From the IMG/VR virus record IMGVR_UViG_3300043466_002653, positions 1 to 54,275 of that record: 54,275 nucleotides of DNA. One strand, 5' to 3'. A program made the translations under genes and the position numbers. Below are positions 36,640-47,209 of this stretch, in pieces. Within the stretch, counting starts at the first letter, position 1. Every line of letters starts with the position of its first letter. The notes beneath the pieces were generated by a model, which was not told where the DNA came from, did not search any database, and saw only the letters and a program-made list of their open reading frames with translations. This DNA comes from a virus. Its lineage: Duplodnaviria > Caudoviricetes.

Positions 36640-37380
36640 ATGAATTATCATACTTTGCCAGAAGCAAATATTAACGATGAAAACTCTAACCACTGGTTTA
36701 CAAAAGATAGATCAGAAACAGCATCAAACAGAATTCCTAATAGACAACTAGATGAAAATATTGTTGTTGAAAATCTTGGACTAGGTTTGCATGTCTACCA
36801 TGATACATTTTCTTTAGATGATGCCAACAGATATATAGAAACTCTTGAGTCAAATTTAGGAAAAAATGGAAAATATAGTTGGTCAGAAGCACAAGTAACA
36901 AACTCTTCAACGCCAATTAAAAAGGCAAGAGACTGCGTAGACTTTAAATATAAACAAGAAAATTTAGGGCCTAAAAATGATACTAATTCAGAATTAATAG
37001 ATTTGCACGAAGAAATATATCAAAAACTTAAGTATTGCATTGATGATTATGCAAAGTACTGGGGTATCAATGTAGTATATTATGAGGCCTTTAACTTTGT
37101 TAAGTATGAAGGAGAAGGCACACACTTTAATATTCATGCAGACCATGGACCAGCCTACAACTGTACAGTGTCTGCTGTAATATATATCAACGATGATTAT
37201 AAAGGCGGGGATTTAAAATTCCCACGATTAGACAATCTTATTATTAAACCAAGAGTAGGAGATATAGCGGTATTTCCATCAAACTATATTTATGAACATG
37301 CCTCACTACCAATGGAGTCAGGAACAAAGTACTGTGTAGTTGTTATGACAGATATTAATGAGATAGGTCATAAGAAATGA
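36640..37380 (+). CDS. 2OG-Fe(II) oxygenase, P4H-like
   Basis: HAD, YINDDYKGG, FPSN, HAS and KY motifs. Confidence 0.9.
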   Translation: MNYHTLPEANINDENSNHWFTKDRSETASNRIPNRQLDENIVVENLGLGLHVYHDTFSLDDANRYIETLESNLGKNGKYSWSEAQVTNSSTPIKKARDCVDFKYKQENLGPKNDTNSELIDLHEEIYQKLKYCIDDYAKYWGINVVYYEAFNFVKYEGEGTHFNIHADHGPAYNCTVSAVIYINDDYKGGDLKFPRLDNLIIKPRVGDIAVFPSNYIYEHASLPMESGTKYCVVVMTDINEIGHKK

Positions 37381-38153
37381 GCATAAAATCTAATCTTGTT
37401 ATTTTTAAATCATACAGACCATGGCTAAATAAAAAAAGTTTATCTATTCCAGAACCAACACAGAATGTAATTCCTGAGTGGTATAAAGATGCAGATAGAT
37501 TTGCAAAAATGCCAAATGGAGAATATTGGAAAGCAACAAAAGAAGTTTGTCCATTTCCAAAAGAAGGAACAACAGATGATTTTGGTAAAATTCCTACATG
37601 GAAAGCATGTCCAGCAATCCTGGATGCATTTACAACAGGATATATATTTAAAACCCCATGCGATTTAATATTTTTTAAAAACAGTCAGGGAGTTATTAAT
37701 GTTAAAATTGAAGATGAAAAATATAAAGATTTTTGTACTCAAAGGCCTCCAATGCCACAGTTTGAACATCCCAAAGGATATTATCAAAACCATTTTGCCT
37801 GGAATTCAATTTGGGGTTTAGAGTTACCAGAAGGCTATAGCACATTGCTTATGACCCCAATGAATAGGTTTGATCTTCCTTTTTTAAATACTACTGGTGT
37901 CGTTGATTCTGATAAAGTCCATCTACTTGGAAGTTTTCCATTTTTTATTGTAGATGGATGGGAAGGAACTATTCCAGCAGGAACACCATATATGCAAGCA
38001 CTTCCATTTAAAAGAGAAAACTGGGAACATCAAATAGACATCCTGGATCAGTCTAAAATTTATGATAAAGTTAATAATAACGTAAAGTTTTACCGTCAGC
38101 CTGACGGCGGGGTATATAAAAATAAAATTTGGTCAAGAAGAGAATATAGATAG
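37377..38153 (+). CDS. hypothetical protein, DUF6065-related
   Basis: IPEWYK, KACPAILDAFTTGY and GTPYMQALPFKRE motifs. Confidence 0.6.
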   Translation: MSIKSNLVIFKSYRPWLNKKSLSIPEPTQNVIPEWYKDADRFAKMPNGEYWKATKEVCPFPKEGTTDDFGKIPTWKACPAILDAFTTGYIFKTPCDLIFFKNSQGVINVKIEDEKYKDFCTQRPPMPQFEHPKGYYQNHFAWNSIWGLELPEGYSTLLMTPMNRFDLPFLNTTGVVDSDKVHLLGSFPFFIVDGWEGTIPAGTPYMQALPFKRENWEHQIDILDQSKIYDKVNNNVKFYRQPDGGVYKNKIWSRREYR

Positions 38154-38162
38154 GGATAAACT

Positions 38163-38819
38163 ATGCAAACATGGACAGAAAAACAAGACCTTGGCAATGG
38201 AATCTTTTGCTACAAGGGAGTAATTAAAAAAGAGATTGATGTTATAGGTAGGATTGAATCCAACCTCAAACCAGTAGGAGATACATCTGGATATGCATGG
38301 CAACCAGCGTATGTTGGTTATCAGCAATTAATGCCAGAATACCGTGACTGCAATGATTTTAAGTTTAAAAAAACAGATATAGAAAATGATAAAAGCAAGA
38401 TTAGTCTAAACCTTCAGTCTTTGTGGCAAGACTTGTATGATGTTAAACTGCCTGCGGTTGAAGACTACTCAAGAATGTATAATATTAATAATTTAAAGTA
38501 CTGGGAGGCGTTTAACTTTATTAAGTACGGCCCAGGACAACACTTTATGGAACATCATGATCACGGATTTTCATATAACTGTACTCTTTCTTTGGTTGCA
38601 TATCCGAATGATGACTACGAAGGAGGAGAACTTTTCTTTAGATTACAAAATCTAAAAGTTAAAGCAGATGCTGGAGATCTTTTTATTTTTCCATCAAACT
38701 TTATGTATCCTCATCAAGCAATGCCAGTGACTTCTGGAACCAAGTACTCTATTGTTACTATGTTAGATTATAGTAAAAAGTTCCACACTCAAGAAATGTA
38801 TAATGCAGAGGCCGACTAA
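38163..38819 (+). CDS. 2OG-Fe(II) oxygenase, P4H-like
   Basis: HHD, NDDYEGGELFF, FPSN, HQA and KY motifs. Confidence 0.9.
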   Translation: MQTWTEKQDLGNGIFCYKGVIKKEIDVIGRIESNLKPVGDTSGYAWQPAYVGYQQLMPEYRDCNDFKFKKTDIENDKSKISLNLQSLWQDLYDVKLPAVEDYSRMYNINNLKYWEAFNFIKYGPGQHFMEHHDHGFSYNCTLSLVAYPNDDYEGGELFFRLQNLKVKADAGDLFIFPSNFMYPHQAMPVTSGTKYSIVTMLDYSKKFHTQEMYNAEAD

Positions 38820-39547
38820 TGTTTAAAATTTCAGTTGAAAAAACACAAGGATGTTCTTTTGTTGTTCAACCAATGTCAATAAAAAGAGATTGGATGGAAG
38901 AAACATCAGAAGGGCATGCATATAGATGTTTTCCAGTAACACAATCAAACGTTATTGGTTGGAGCCTTTCTTGTATTAATGATATAGAGTTTATCTGGGA
39001 CGGTATTAATGATCAAAGCCCAGACCACATTGATATAATAAAAGCACCTGAAGGATCTTACGAAGGAAGAGGTCAATCATCTATTAGTTTTCATACTGGT
39101 TTAATTTTTAGAACTGAAGAAGAAGTTAGTCTTTTTACCATAAACCCTGTAAACTATTTTAGTGATGATTTTGAAACAATGTCTAACCTAATCAGCACAT
39201 CATTCTACGACAATCCACTTCCACTAGCAATTAAGGCAAGAAAAGCAAATGAAAAAATAACAATAAAGGCTGGAACACCAATAGCAACAATAATTCCAAT
39301 ATCTTTGACTAACTTAAATAATAGTACAATAGAAATTGTTGATTATAAAGATCCAGATAGATCAAGAATTGAGTCAAATATTGCTTATGGAGAAGCAGCC
39401 CAAGTTGTTAATTCTTCTGGTCAGTGGACAGATTGGTATAGAGATGCAGTAAATGAAAAACAAGAGTCTTTGGGTAGCCATGAAGTAAAAGTTTTAAAAC
39501 TTAAAGTAGAAGATAATACTAAAAATAGATTGGGTGGTATAATTTAA
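38819..39547 (+). CDS. DUF6065-like protein
   Basis: RDWMEET...HAYRCFPVTQSNVIGW; GTPIATIIP. Confidence 0.65.
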   Translation: MFKISVEKTQGCSFVVQPMSIKRDWMEETSEGHAYRCFPVTQSNVIGWSLSCINDIEFIWDGINDQSPDHIDIIKAPEGSYEGRGQSSISFHTGLIFRTEEEVSLFTINPVNYFSDDFETMSNLISTSFYDNPLPLAIKARKANEKITIKAGTPIATIIPISLTNLNNSTIEIVDYKDPDRSRIESNIAYGEAAQVVNSSGQWTDWYRDAVNEKQESLGSHEVKVLKLKVEDNTKNRLGGII

Positions 39548-39549
39548 AC

Positions 39550-40221
39550 ATGAACAACTTAGACAATGTAGTGGTTAGAAAACCTTCAATGACTCCTTCT
39601 GGATGGTTTGGAGATAGCAAAGACATGATCGTTGAGTTAGAAAACTTTATGACTCAAGAAGAGATGGACTTTTTAGAAAAGGCTGCAAAATCTTTAACTA
39701 TTTGGGACGTAACACAAAGCCATGTAAACGAAAATGGAACAGTTGTTTATGATTCAGATTATTGGAAAGACAGAGTTGCTACTCAACCAACATTAGATAA
39801 AAATGATCCCTCTATATCTCCAATAATCGCTGGATTATTTAAAAGACTAAAGCCAATAATTGAAGAATTTTATAAAGTAGAGGTCACCCCAACTGGAACA
39901 ACTATTGTCAAATGGCTTCCAGGACAATTTCAAAGACCTCACGCAGACAAAGAACTGCATGATGGACCAGATGCTGGATTACCAAACGACTTTCCAAACT
40001 ATGACCTATCAAGTTTATTTTATTTAAATGAAGACTATGAGGGTGGAGAACTATATTTTCCTCTACAGGGAGTACAGTTTAAACCTAAAAAGGGTGCTGC
40101 TTATTTTTTCCCAGGAGACAAAAACTATATTCACGGAGTAACAGAAATAAAAAGTGGATTAAGGTTTACATGCCCTTTCTTTTGGGAAATTACAAAGCAC
40201 ACTGGAGACAGGAAGCCATAA
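39550..40221 (+). CDS. 2OG-Fe(II) oxygenase, P4H-like
   Basis: HAD, YLNEDYEGGELYF, HGV and RF motifs. Confidence 0.9.
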   Translation: MNNLDNVVVRKPSMTPSGWFGDSKDMIVELENFMTQEEMDFLEKAAKSLTIWDVTQSHVNENGTVVYDSDYWKDRVATQPTLDKNDPSISPIIAGLFKRLKPIIEEFYKVEVTPTGTTIVKWLPGQFQRPHADKELHDGPDAGLPNDFPNYDLSSLFYLNEDYEGGELYFPLQGVQFKPKKGAAYFFPGDKNYIHGVTEIKSGLRFTCPFFWEITKHTGDRKP

Positions 40222-40222
40222 A

Positions 40223-41095
40223 ATGACTAATAAAAATCTTGAAGCAGTAGAAATATATCCTAATATTATTGTATATAAGAATATGTTTAAAGATATTTCA
40301 AAGTCATACAAAGTTTTAACAGATTCTTTAATTGAGACAGAAGATAGGGTTTTTAGTCCTTGGACACAATGGTCTATTTTTGGAGACTACCTAAATCCAA
40401 TAGTTCCTATTTTTTCTATGTCAGAAAAGTTTGGAAATTTAAAAAATATAGAAACAACCACACAAGTTCAAGAAGATCAAAAAAACTTTGCTATTGAAAT
40501 GATGGAAAACTTTCATTTAGTTACAGAAGACTATATTAAAACCTACGGCATTGATGTAGACTTAAATGCAACATCTATTAATGAATTAGGTGAGACGGTT
40601 CCTACTTGGAGATGGACTGGTGGAACAATTGGAAAATACCATGTAAGTAATGAAACTGAAAAACATGGTATGAGATATCACTCAGATTATATGCCAGAAC
40701 AAGGACAAGCCCCAGGATACAAATTTATAATAACCTGTACAATTTACTTTAATGATGACTATGAGGGTGGAGAGGTTGACTTTGTTATGGGAGATAAACT
40801 TGTAAAGTACAAGCCAGAAGCAGGAGACCTTTTAGTTTTTCCATCAGGGCATCCAGAATATCTTACAGAAGAAGGAAAGCCTTACCTTCACGGAGTAATG
40901 CCCTCATATAATAAAAATAAATTTTTATCAAGAATGTATTGGCAAAAATACCAAAGTGGAACAGATGAGTGGTATAAAAAAGAAAAAGAATTTGGCAAAG
41001 AAACTTGGCTTGAAATGCAACCAGAACTAGAAAAAGAATTTAGAAAAAAGTACCCACAAAGATCTGAAATAGAAAATGGAGTAAGACTGTCATGA
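40223..41095 (+). CDS. 2OG-Fe(II) oxygenase, P4H-like
   Basis: HSD, YFNDDYEGGE, FPS, HGV and KF motifs. Confidence 0.9.
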   Translation: MTNKNLEAVEIYPNIIVYKNMFKDISKSYKVLTDSLIETEDRVFSPWTQWSIFGDYLNPIVPIFSMSEKFGNLKNIETTTQVQEDQKNFAIEMMENFHLVTEDYIKTYGIDVDLNATSINELGETVPTWRWTGGTIGKYHVSNETEKHGMRYHSDYMPEQGQAPGYKFIITCTIYFNDDYEGGEVDFVMGDKLVKYKPEAGDLLVFPSGHPEYLTEEGKPYLHGVMPSYNKNKFLSRMYWQKYQSGTDEWYKKEKEFGKETWLEMQPELEKEFRKKYPQRSEIENGVRLS

Positions 41096-41847
41096 ATCTA
41101 AATAATAAAAAAAGATTAACAAAAGATATAGTAGTTTATGAAAACTTTATAAGCAAAGAAAATTGTGTAAAAATGATACAGGCTTTAGATGCTCAAGCAA
41201 ATAATGGTGGAATTACCTGGATGCCTATTTCATTCTATGAGTCATACTCTTCCATATTGCCACAAGATAATGATCAAGAATTAATCGATGCTGGATTATC
41301 TCCTACTATTTTTTCAGATATTGAAAAAATAATGCCAGAAGCAATTGCTTCAGTACACGATCTTGACCCAAAAACAATTTCTAAGATTGGATACCATACA
41401 CAAAAGTGGGAACCAGGAGCGTATGCAAGAGTGCACTCAGATAATACAGATGCTGAAGGAAAGTCTGGAGCATTTACAAGAAGTCGATACGCTGGATTTC
41501 TTTACTTAAATGATGACTTTGAAGGTGGTCTATTAAAGTTTCCAGATCAAAACATAGAGATTAAGCCACAAGTTGGAATGCTTGCTGTTTTTGACGGGGG
41601 ATTTAATAATATGCATGAAGTATCATTGATTGAAAGTGGAGTAAGATACACCATAGGATCTTTCTGGGATGACAGAGAAGAGTCTGATTATCCACAAGAA
41701 TTAAGAGATGCTTGGGCAGCAGAAATGAAAGAGACAAGAGCGCAACAAGAAATTGAAAGAGCAGAGTGGCAAGACCTGCTTAAGCAAGGCTGGAAATTAG
41801 ATGCAGATGGAAAAAAGTATAAGATAGAAGATGGTAAAAATGATTGA
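41092..41847 (+). CDS. 2OG-Fe(II) oxygenase, P4H-like
   Basis: HSD, YLNDDFEGG, HEV and RY motifs. Confidence 0.9.
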   Translation: MNLNNKKRLTKDIVVYENFISKENCVKMIQALDAQANNGGITWMPISFYESYSSILPQDNDQELIDAGLSPTIFSDIEKIMPEAIASVHDLDPKTISKIGYHTQKWEPGAYARVHSDNTDAEGKSGAFTRSRYAGFLYLNDDFEGGLLKFPDQNIEIKPQVGMLAVFDGGFNNMHEVSLIESGVRYTIGSFWDDREESDYPQELRDAWAAEMKETRAQQEIERAEWQDLLKQGWKLDADGKKYKIEDGKND

Positions 41848-42499
41848 ATCTTTTAAGAAGCAGTTGTTTGATAAAGGTTATTCTATTGAAGAAATTACTC
41901 CCCAATTAATATCTGTTGAAAACTTTTTATCAAAAGAGCAGTTAGAAGATTTTGCTAGTATTATAAATAATACTTCACAAGAAGATTGGGAAGTAGAATA
42001 TCATGCTAATTTAGCAAAATTTTGTATAGAAAAGTTTGGAAGAAGCGACGTAGATAATTTAGTTGCAGAAGGAAAATTTGAAATTACTCAAAACTGGAAA
42101 GATAAAAATTTTAATATAAGTAAACAACCTGTCATTAAACCACTCTATAAAGGTTTAAACTCAATGGTAGTAAGTTCAGATCCAGAACTTCATTTAAGTG
42201 GACTGGCAACAATTCAAAGAATGCAACATGGGGTAGAGTTAAAATCACATACGGACCAACACACAGACCCATCTATTAGATATGCTACAATTATTTATCT
42301 AAATGATGATTATGTAGATGGTGAACTGTTTTTTCCAAAGTTAGGTATAGAATTAAAACCTAAAGCAGGAACGCTAGTATTTTTTCCAGGCAATGAAGAA
42401 TACGAACATGGAGTTAAACATGTAGGAGAAGGACAGATTAGATATGTTCTTGTTGGCTTTATTAAAGAAAAAGATCACTACAAAAAGAATAAGTACTAG
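41840..42499 (+). CDS. 2OG-Fe(II) oxygenase, P4H-like
   Basis: HTD, YLNDDYVDGELFF, HGV and RY motifs. Confidence 0.9.
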   Translation: MIESFKKQLFDKGYSIEEITPQLISVENFLSKEQLEDFASIINNTSQEDWEVEYHANLAKFCIEKFGRSDVDNLVAEGKFEITQNWKDKNFNISKQPVIKPLYKGLNSMVVSSDPELHLSGLATIQRMQHGVELKSHTDQHTDPSIRYATIIYLNDDYVDGELFFPKLGIELKPKAGTLVFFPGNEEYEHGVKHVGEGQIRYVLVGFIKEKDHYKKNKY

Positions 42500-42509
42500 G
42501 GGGAATAAA

Positions 42510-43244
42510 ATGAATAAAGAAATATTAGATCCAAAGGTTTACTATTACACAGATGCAATAGATAACTTTGATAAGTTTCAAAGCACCTTAAAAGAATTAG
42601 ATTCTCTTGAGTCAAGTAATGAGTTTGGTGTAAACATTTGGAATCCTTGGACATCTTCTAACGATAAAACTTTTATTTATGGTGAGACAAAAACATTTGA
42701 TATTAATTCAATAGGCAGAGTAAGTGGAGAAGTTGGAGAAAAAAGCAAATATATTTACGATGCAATAACAACTACTCTTTATAATGTTTGTAAAGATTAT
42801 GCCACATCACTTGGAGACTTTGATGAGCCAAGACTTTTTCCAACTTTTAATATAAAAAAATACAATACTGGAATGGGCATGGGCGCACACTTTGATCAAT
42901 TAGATGGAGATAAAACTTTAAGGTATTCTCTTGTAATGTATTTAAATGATGATTGCGAAGGCGGAGAAATATCTTTTCAATTAAAAGATTATGATGGTGG
43001 TTGGACAAGCGCAGATGGATTTTCTAAGGGAGTTGCACCAGCAGTAGATTTAGATTATGATGTATCTGTTGCAAATGGAGCAATTGATTTTGGACTAAAG
43101 CCAAAAGCAAATAGCGTTATTATATTTCCAGCATTTCCTCCATACTTTCATACAGCACATATTGTAAAGTCTGGTTTTAAATATATGGTACCTGGACATT
43201 GGATTCATAATGGAATGGATCTTAACAAATCTCAGGGTATGTAA
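42510..43244 (+). CDS. 2OG-Fe(II) oxygenase, P4H-like
   Basis: HFD, YLNDDCEGGE, FPA, HTA and KY motifs. Confidence 0.9.
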   Translation: MNKEILDPKVYYYTDAIDNFDKFQSTLKELDSLESSNEFGVNIWNPWTSSNDKTFIYGETKTFDINSIGRVSGEVGEKSKYIYDAITTTLYNVCKDYATSLGDFDEPRLFPTFNIKKYNTGMGMGAHFDQLDGDKTLRYSLVMYLNDDCEGGEISFQLKDYDGGWTSADGFSKGVAPAVDLDYDVSVANGAIDFGLKPKANSVIIFPAFPPYFHTAHIVKSGFKYMVPGHWIHNGMDLNKSQGM

Positions 43245-43913
43245 ATGAAAACAGCAATAGTCACAGGAGCCAGTAAAGGGGTTGGCTATGCAACAGTCAA
43301 ACTTTTATCTGAAAATGGATATAGGGTTATTGCTGTTTCAAGAGACCTGTCTAAAGTATCAAACCTGATTAGCGATAGTGTTGAAGTCTATCAAATGGAT
43401 ATAACCAATGCTAGTGAAATTAAACAATTCTATGATAAGTATAGTGATATAACTTTAGACCTGCTAGTAAATAACGCTGGTGGTGGTGCTGGTCCAACAT
43501 ACATTATAAATGAGACAATGGACAACTTTAGAAGAGCATATGATATAAACGTCACTGGCCCCATGTATCTTTCTCAATTGTTTGTGCCTTCCATGAAGAA
43601 GTCTGACTCTGCTACAATTATTTTTATAACATCTCTATGTGGCAAAATTCCATTTAGAGGTGGAGGAAACTATAGTAATGCAAAAAGAGGAGAGATGGCA
43701 TTGATAGATACTATGAGAATGGAGTTTCCAGAGTATGGGGTCAAAGTAACAGAAATTTGTCCAGGTACTATAGATACTCAAACTGAAAAGAAAGAAAATG
43801 CCCTAACTGCAGAAGATCTTGCAGAGTCCATTAGGTGGGTTGGATCTCTTCCAAAACATTTGAATATAAATCATTTAGAATTAAGTCATATAAATAATAG
43901 TAAGTTTAATTAG
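43245..43913 (+). CDS. short-chain dehydrogenase/reductase (SDR)
   Basis: TGASKGVG, NNAG and YSNAK motifs. Confidence 0.9.
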   Translation: MKTAIVTGASKGVGYATVKLLSENGYRVIAVSRDLSKVSNLISDSVEVYQMDITNASEIKQFYDKYSDITLDLLVNNAGGGAGPTYIINETMDNFRRAYDINVTGPMYLSQLFVPSMKKSDSATIIFITSLCGKIPFRGGGNYSNAKRGEMALIDTMRMEFPEYGVKVTEICPGTIDTQTEKKENALTAEDLAESIRWVGSLPKHLNINHLELSHINNSKFN

Positions 43914-43919
43914 GAAAAT

Positions 43920-44486
43920 ATGAAAATAAATAAACTCCACGAAGATGTGTATGAAGTAGAAGAGTTCTTAACAGAACAAGAACTTTTTGATGTTTATGCC
44001 ATAATTAACAATACTCCAGAAGAAGATTGGTTTGATAAATCAGCCAAAGACCAAAACAATACTCCAGATTTTTGGTATGGAAAAAACCTATACTTTACGT
44101 CGGCAAATGTTTTTGATTCTATAAATGATAAAATGAGAAATCTTTTTGAGTCATACTCTTATTATCCTGATAAAACACATCTTCAAAGATATAAAAAGGG
44201 GGATTTTATTAAACATCATGCAGATCAATGGATTCCAGATCTTCCATACTATATAGGCTATGGCTTTTGTTTATATTATAACAACGACTATTCTGGCGGT
44301 GAATTAGACTATCCAGATTTAAAAATTACAATTAAGCCAAAAGCAAATGCACTATATATTCATGGAGGACACATAGTTCATGGATCACTTCCAGTACTAG
44401 ATGATACAATAAGATACTTCTCAACTGTGTTTATACGCGGAACAGAAGAATCTCCAACCATACTAAAGAGAGAGTTGTTTAAATAA
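43920..44486 (+). CDS. 2OG-Fe(II) oxygenase, P4H-like
   Basis: HAD, YNNDYSGGEL, HGS and RY motifs. Confidence 0.85.
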   Translation: MKINKLHEDVYEVEEFLTEQELFDVYAIINNTPEEDWFDKSAKDQNNTPDFWYGKNLYFTSANVFDSINDKMRNLFESYSYYPDKTHLQRYKKGDFIKHHADQWIPDLPYYIGYGFCLYYNNDYSGGELDYPDLKITIKPKANALYIHGGHIVHGSLPVLDDTIRYFSTVFIRGTEESPTILKRELFK

Positions 44487-45064
44487 TGCATAACAAAACA
44501 CATCAAGAGCAGTTTATAATTGATATCTTAGGTAAAAAGAAAAATGGATATTATGTAGAATTAGGTGCAGCACACTATAGCAATGGTAATAATACTTTTT
44601 TGTTAGAGCAAGAGTATGATTGGACTGGAGTATCATTTGAAATAGTTGATTCAATGAGAGATGAGTTTAACGCTAATAGAAAAAATCCTTGCATGGGTGA
44701 TGCACTTTCTTTTAACTATGTCGACTATTTTGAAAAAAATAACTTTCCAAAGCAGATTGATTTTTTACAATTAGACATAGATGCTGGGTATGACAATTAT
44801 GGAAGACCAGTTGGAAATAGCCATTGGACACTTCAAGGATTAATAGCAATACCACTAAACACTTATAGATTTACTTTAATTACTTTTGAGCATGATGCAA
44901 ATATGTATTGGAGAAATGATTCAATTAGAGATGCACAAAGAGAAATTTTAGATTCTTTTGGATATTCATTAGTTCATAGATCTTTTCATGAAGATTGGTG
45001 GGTTGATTCAAGAGTTATTGGCCACGGGGAATATAGAGACTATCTACACTGGCAAACTTTGTAA
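44486..45064 (+). CDS. FkbM-family methyltransferase
   Basis: GYYVELGA, NNTFLLE..W.GVSFE, IDFLQLDID, ITFEH and EDWWV motifs. Confidence 0.8.
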   Translation: MHNKTHQEQFIIDILGKKKNGYYVELGAAHYSNGNNTFLLEQEYDWTGVSFEIVDSMRDEFNANRKNPCMGDALSFNYVDYFEKNNFPKQIDFLQLDIDAGYDNYGRPVGNSHWTLQGLIAIPLNTYRFTLITFEHDANMYWRNDSIRDAQREILDSFGYSLVHRSFHEDWWVDSRVIGHGEYRDYLHWQTL

Positions 45065-45155
45065 AGATTAAATCTATACATTATGTGGAGAGTTTTGCTT
45101 TTTATAAAACTCTGCTATACTTAAGACTTATTCCGTTTTTGAAAGGACGAAACAC

Positions 45156-47186
45156 ATGTCAGATTTTTTTAGTTTTAAACTCCCAGAGGACTTTGTAGAA
45201 AAGTATAAATCTCAGGAAAGCCCATTTGGTTTTAAAGATGCAGCAGAAAACTCACTTGGAGAGATTACTTTTATTCGTACATATTCTCGTATGAAAGAGG
45301 ATGGAACTAAAGAGCGTTGGCACGAAGTTTGTCGTCGAGTAATTGAGGGTATGTATTCAGTTCAAAAGAATCATGCTAAAGAAAACCGTTTACCATGGAA
45401 TGACTATAAGGCTCAGAAGTCAGCACAAGAAGCATTCCAAAGAATGTTTGAATTGAAATGGACTCCACCAGGTCGCGGTATGTGGGCATTTGGAACTCCT
45501 ATGACTATGGAGAAGAAGAACTCAGCAGCACTACAAAACTGTGCAATGGTATCAACTAAGGACCTTGACAAGAACGATCCAGGAGCCCTATTTGCTTGGG
45601 TTATGGATGCATTAATGCTTGGCATTGGTGTAGGGTTTGACACAGTAGGACAGGATAAGAATTTCTCAATTTATACTCCAACAGAACCAGAACAGGTCTT
45701 TGAAATCCCAGACACTCGTGAAGGATGGGTTGAGTCAGTGAGAGTTTTGATTAATTCATATCTCAGGCCAAACCAGAGTATTCAGAAGTTTAACTATGAT
45801 TTGATCAGACCTCTTGGAGCCCCCATTAAGGGCTTTGGAGGCGTTGCATCAGGACCCGCACCTCTTATCAAGTTGCACGACCAGATAGACCGTGTAATCG
45901 GCTCCAGAGGCGGAGAAACACTAGATTCTCGTGCCATTGTAGACCTTGTAAACCTAATTGGTACCTGCGTGGTATCAGGTAACGTAAGACGCTCAGCAAC
46001 ACTTGCTTTGGGAACTGCTGGGGATGAAACATTCATGAATCTTAAGAACTCAGAGATGTTCCCAGAAAGAAACTCATTTGATCCAGAAAACCCAGGTTGG
46101 GCATGGATGTCTAACAATTCTATTTCAGCAGAAGTAGGAACAAAGTATGAAGATTATGTAGATTTAATTACAGAAAATGGAGAACCAGGTTTTATCTGGC
46201 TTGATGTTGCTCGTAATTATGGAAGACTAAAGGATGCGCCAGACGGTAAAGATTATCGTGTGATGGGATTTAATCCATGTGCAGAGCAGCCATTGGAGTC
46301 ATACGAACTATGTACACTTGTAGAAGTGCACTTAAATCGTCATGATTCTAAGGAAGACTTTCTGCGTACCCTGAAGTTTGCATACCTTTATGGAAAGACT
46401 GTAACACTTGTTCCAACACACTGGCCACAAACAAACGGTATCATGCAACGTAATCGTCGTATTGGTACATCACTTACTGGCATTGCATCATTTGCAGATC
46501 AAAAAGGATTGCCAATTGTTCGTGAGTGGATGGACGAGGGCTACAATAAGATCCGTCACTATGATCACCAATATTCAGAATGGCTTTGTGTTCGTGAATC
46601 AATTCGTGTAACAACTGTTAAGCCATCAGGATCAGTTTCAATTCTTTCTGGTGCAACTCCTGGAGTTCACTGGGGACCTGGAGGAAACTTCTTTCTTCGT
46701 GCCGTTCGATTTGGAACTACAGATCCAATGCTTCATCTTTTCAAAGCAGCGGGGTATACAATTGAAGATGACGTAGTATCAGCAAATACATCAGTAGTTT
46801 ACTTCCCAATCAAGTCAGGTCATCCAAGATCTGAAAAAGATGTAACACTATTTGAAAAGATTGCTCTTGCTGCAACTGCTCAAAAGTATTGGTCCGACAA
46901 TGGTGTTTCTGTAACACTTTCATTTGACAAAGAAACAGAGTCAAAGCATGTTGTTCCAGCACTGCACATGTACGAGGGACAACTAAAAGCAGTGTCTTTC
47001 CTACCAATGGGAAATCACACATATCCACAACAGCCATATACTCAAATTACTGAGGAACAGTATGAATCCTATATTGGAAAGTTGAAGCATATTGATTTTG
47101 CTGCTATTTATGATGGAGCAGAAAACCTTGAGGCTCAAGGGGAAATGTACTGCACAACAGATTATTGTGAGATAAAAATCAAGTAG
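45156..47186 (+). CDS. nrdJ: class II (AdoCbl-dependent) ribonucleotide reductase, monomeric RTPR type
   Basis: PPGRG, LQNC, GNVRRSA, NPCAEQ, TTVKPSG and C-terminal CTTDYC. Confidence 0.93.
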   Translation: MSDFFSFKLPEDFVEKYKSQESPFGFKDAAENSLGEITFIRTYSRMKEDGTKERWHEVCRRVIEGMYSVQKNHAKENRLPWNDYKAQKSAQEAFQRMFELKWTPPGRGMWAFGTPMTMEKKNSAALQNCAMVSTKDLDKNDPGALFAWVMDALMLGIGVGFDTVGQDKNFSIYTPTEPEQVFEIPDTREGWVESVRVLINSYLRPNQSIQKFNYDLIRPLGAPIKGFGGVASGPAPLIKLHDQIDRVIGSRGGETLDSRAIVDLVNLIGTCVVSGNVRRSATLALGTAGDETFMNLKNSEMFPERNSFDPENPGWAWMSNNSISAEVGTKYEDYVDLITENGEPGFIWLDVARNYGRLKDAPDGKDYRVMGFNPCAEQPLESYELCTLVEVHLNRHDSKEDFLRTLKFAYLYGKTVTLVPTHWPQTNGIMQRNRRIGTSLTGIASFADQKGLPIVREWMDEGYNKIRHYDHQYSEWLCVRESIRVTTVKPSGSVSILSGATPGVHWGPGGNFFLRAVRFGTTDPMLHLFKAAGYTIEDDVVSANTSVVYFPIKSGHPRSEKDVTLFEKIALAATAQKYWSDNGVSVTLSFDKETESKHVVPALHMYEGQLKAVSFLPMGNHTYPQQPYTQITEEQYESYIGKLKHIDFAAIYDGAENLEAQGEMYCTTDYCEIKIK

Positions 47187-47209
47187 TCGTGTGGTAAAAT
47201 AGACTTATA

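Noticed and set aside
45070-45088. NrdR box upstream of nrdJ
   Set aside because: Only a weak single match to the palindromic consensus; no tandem pair.
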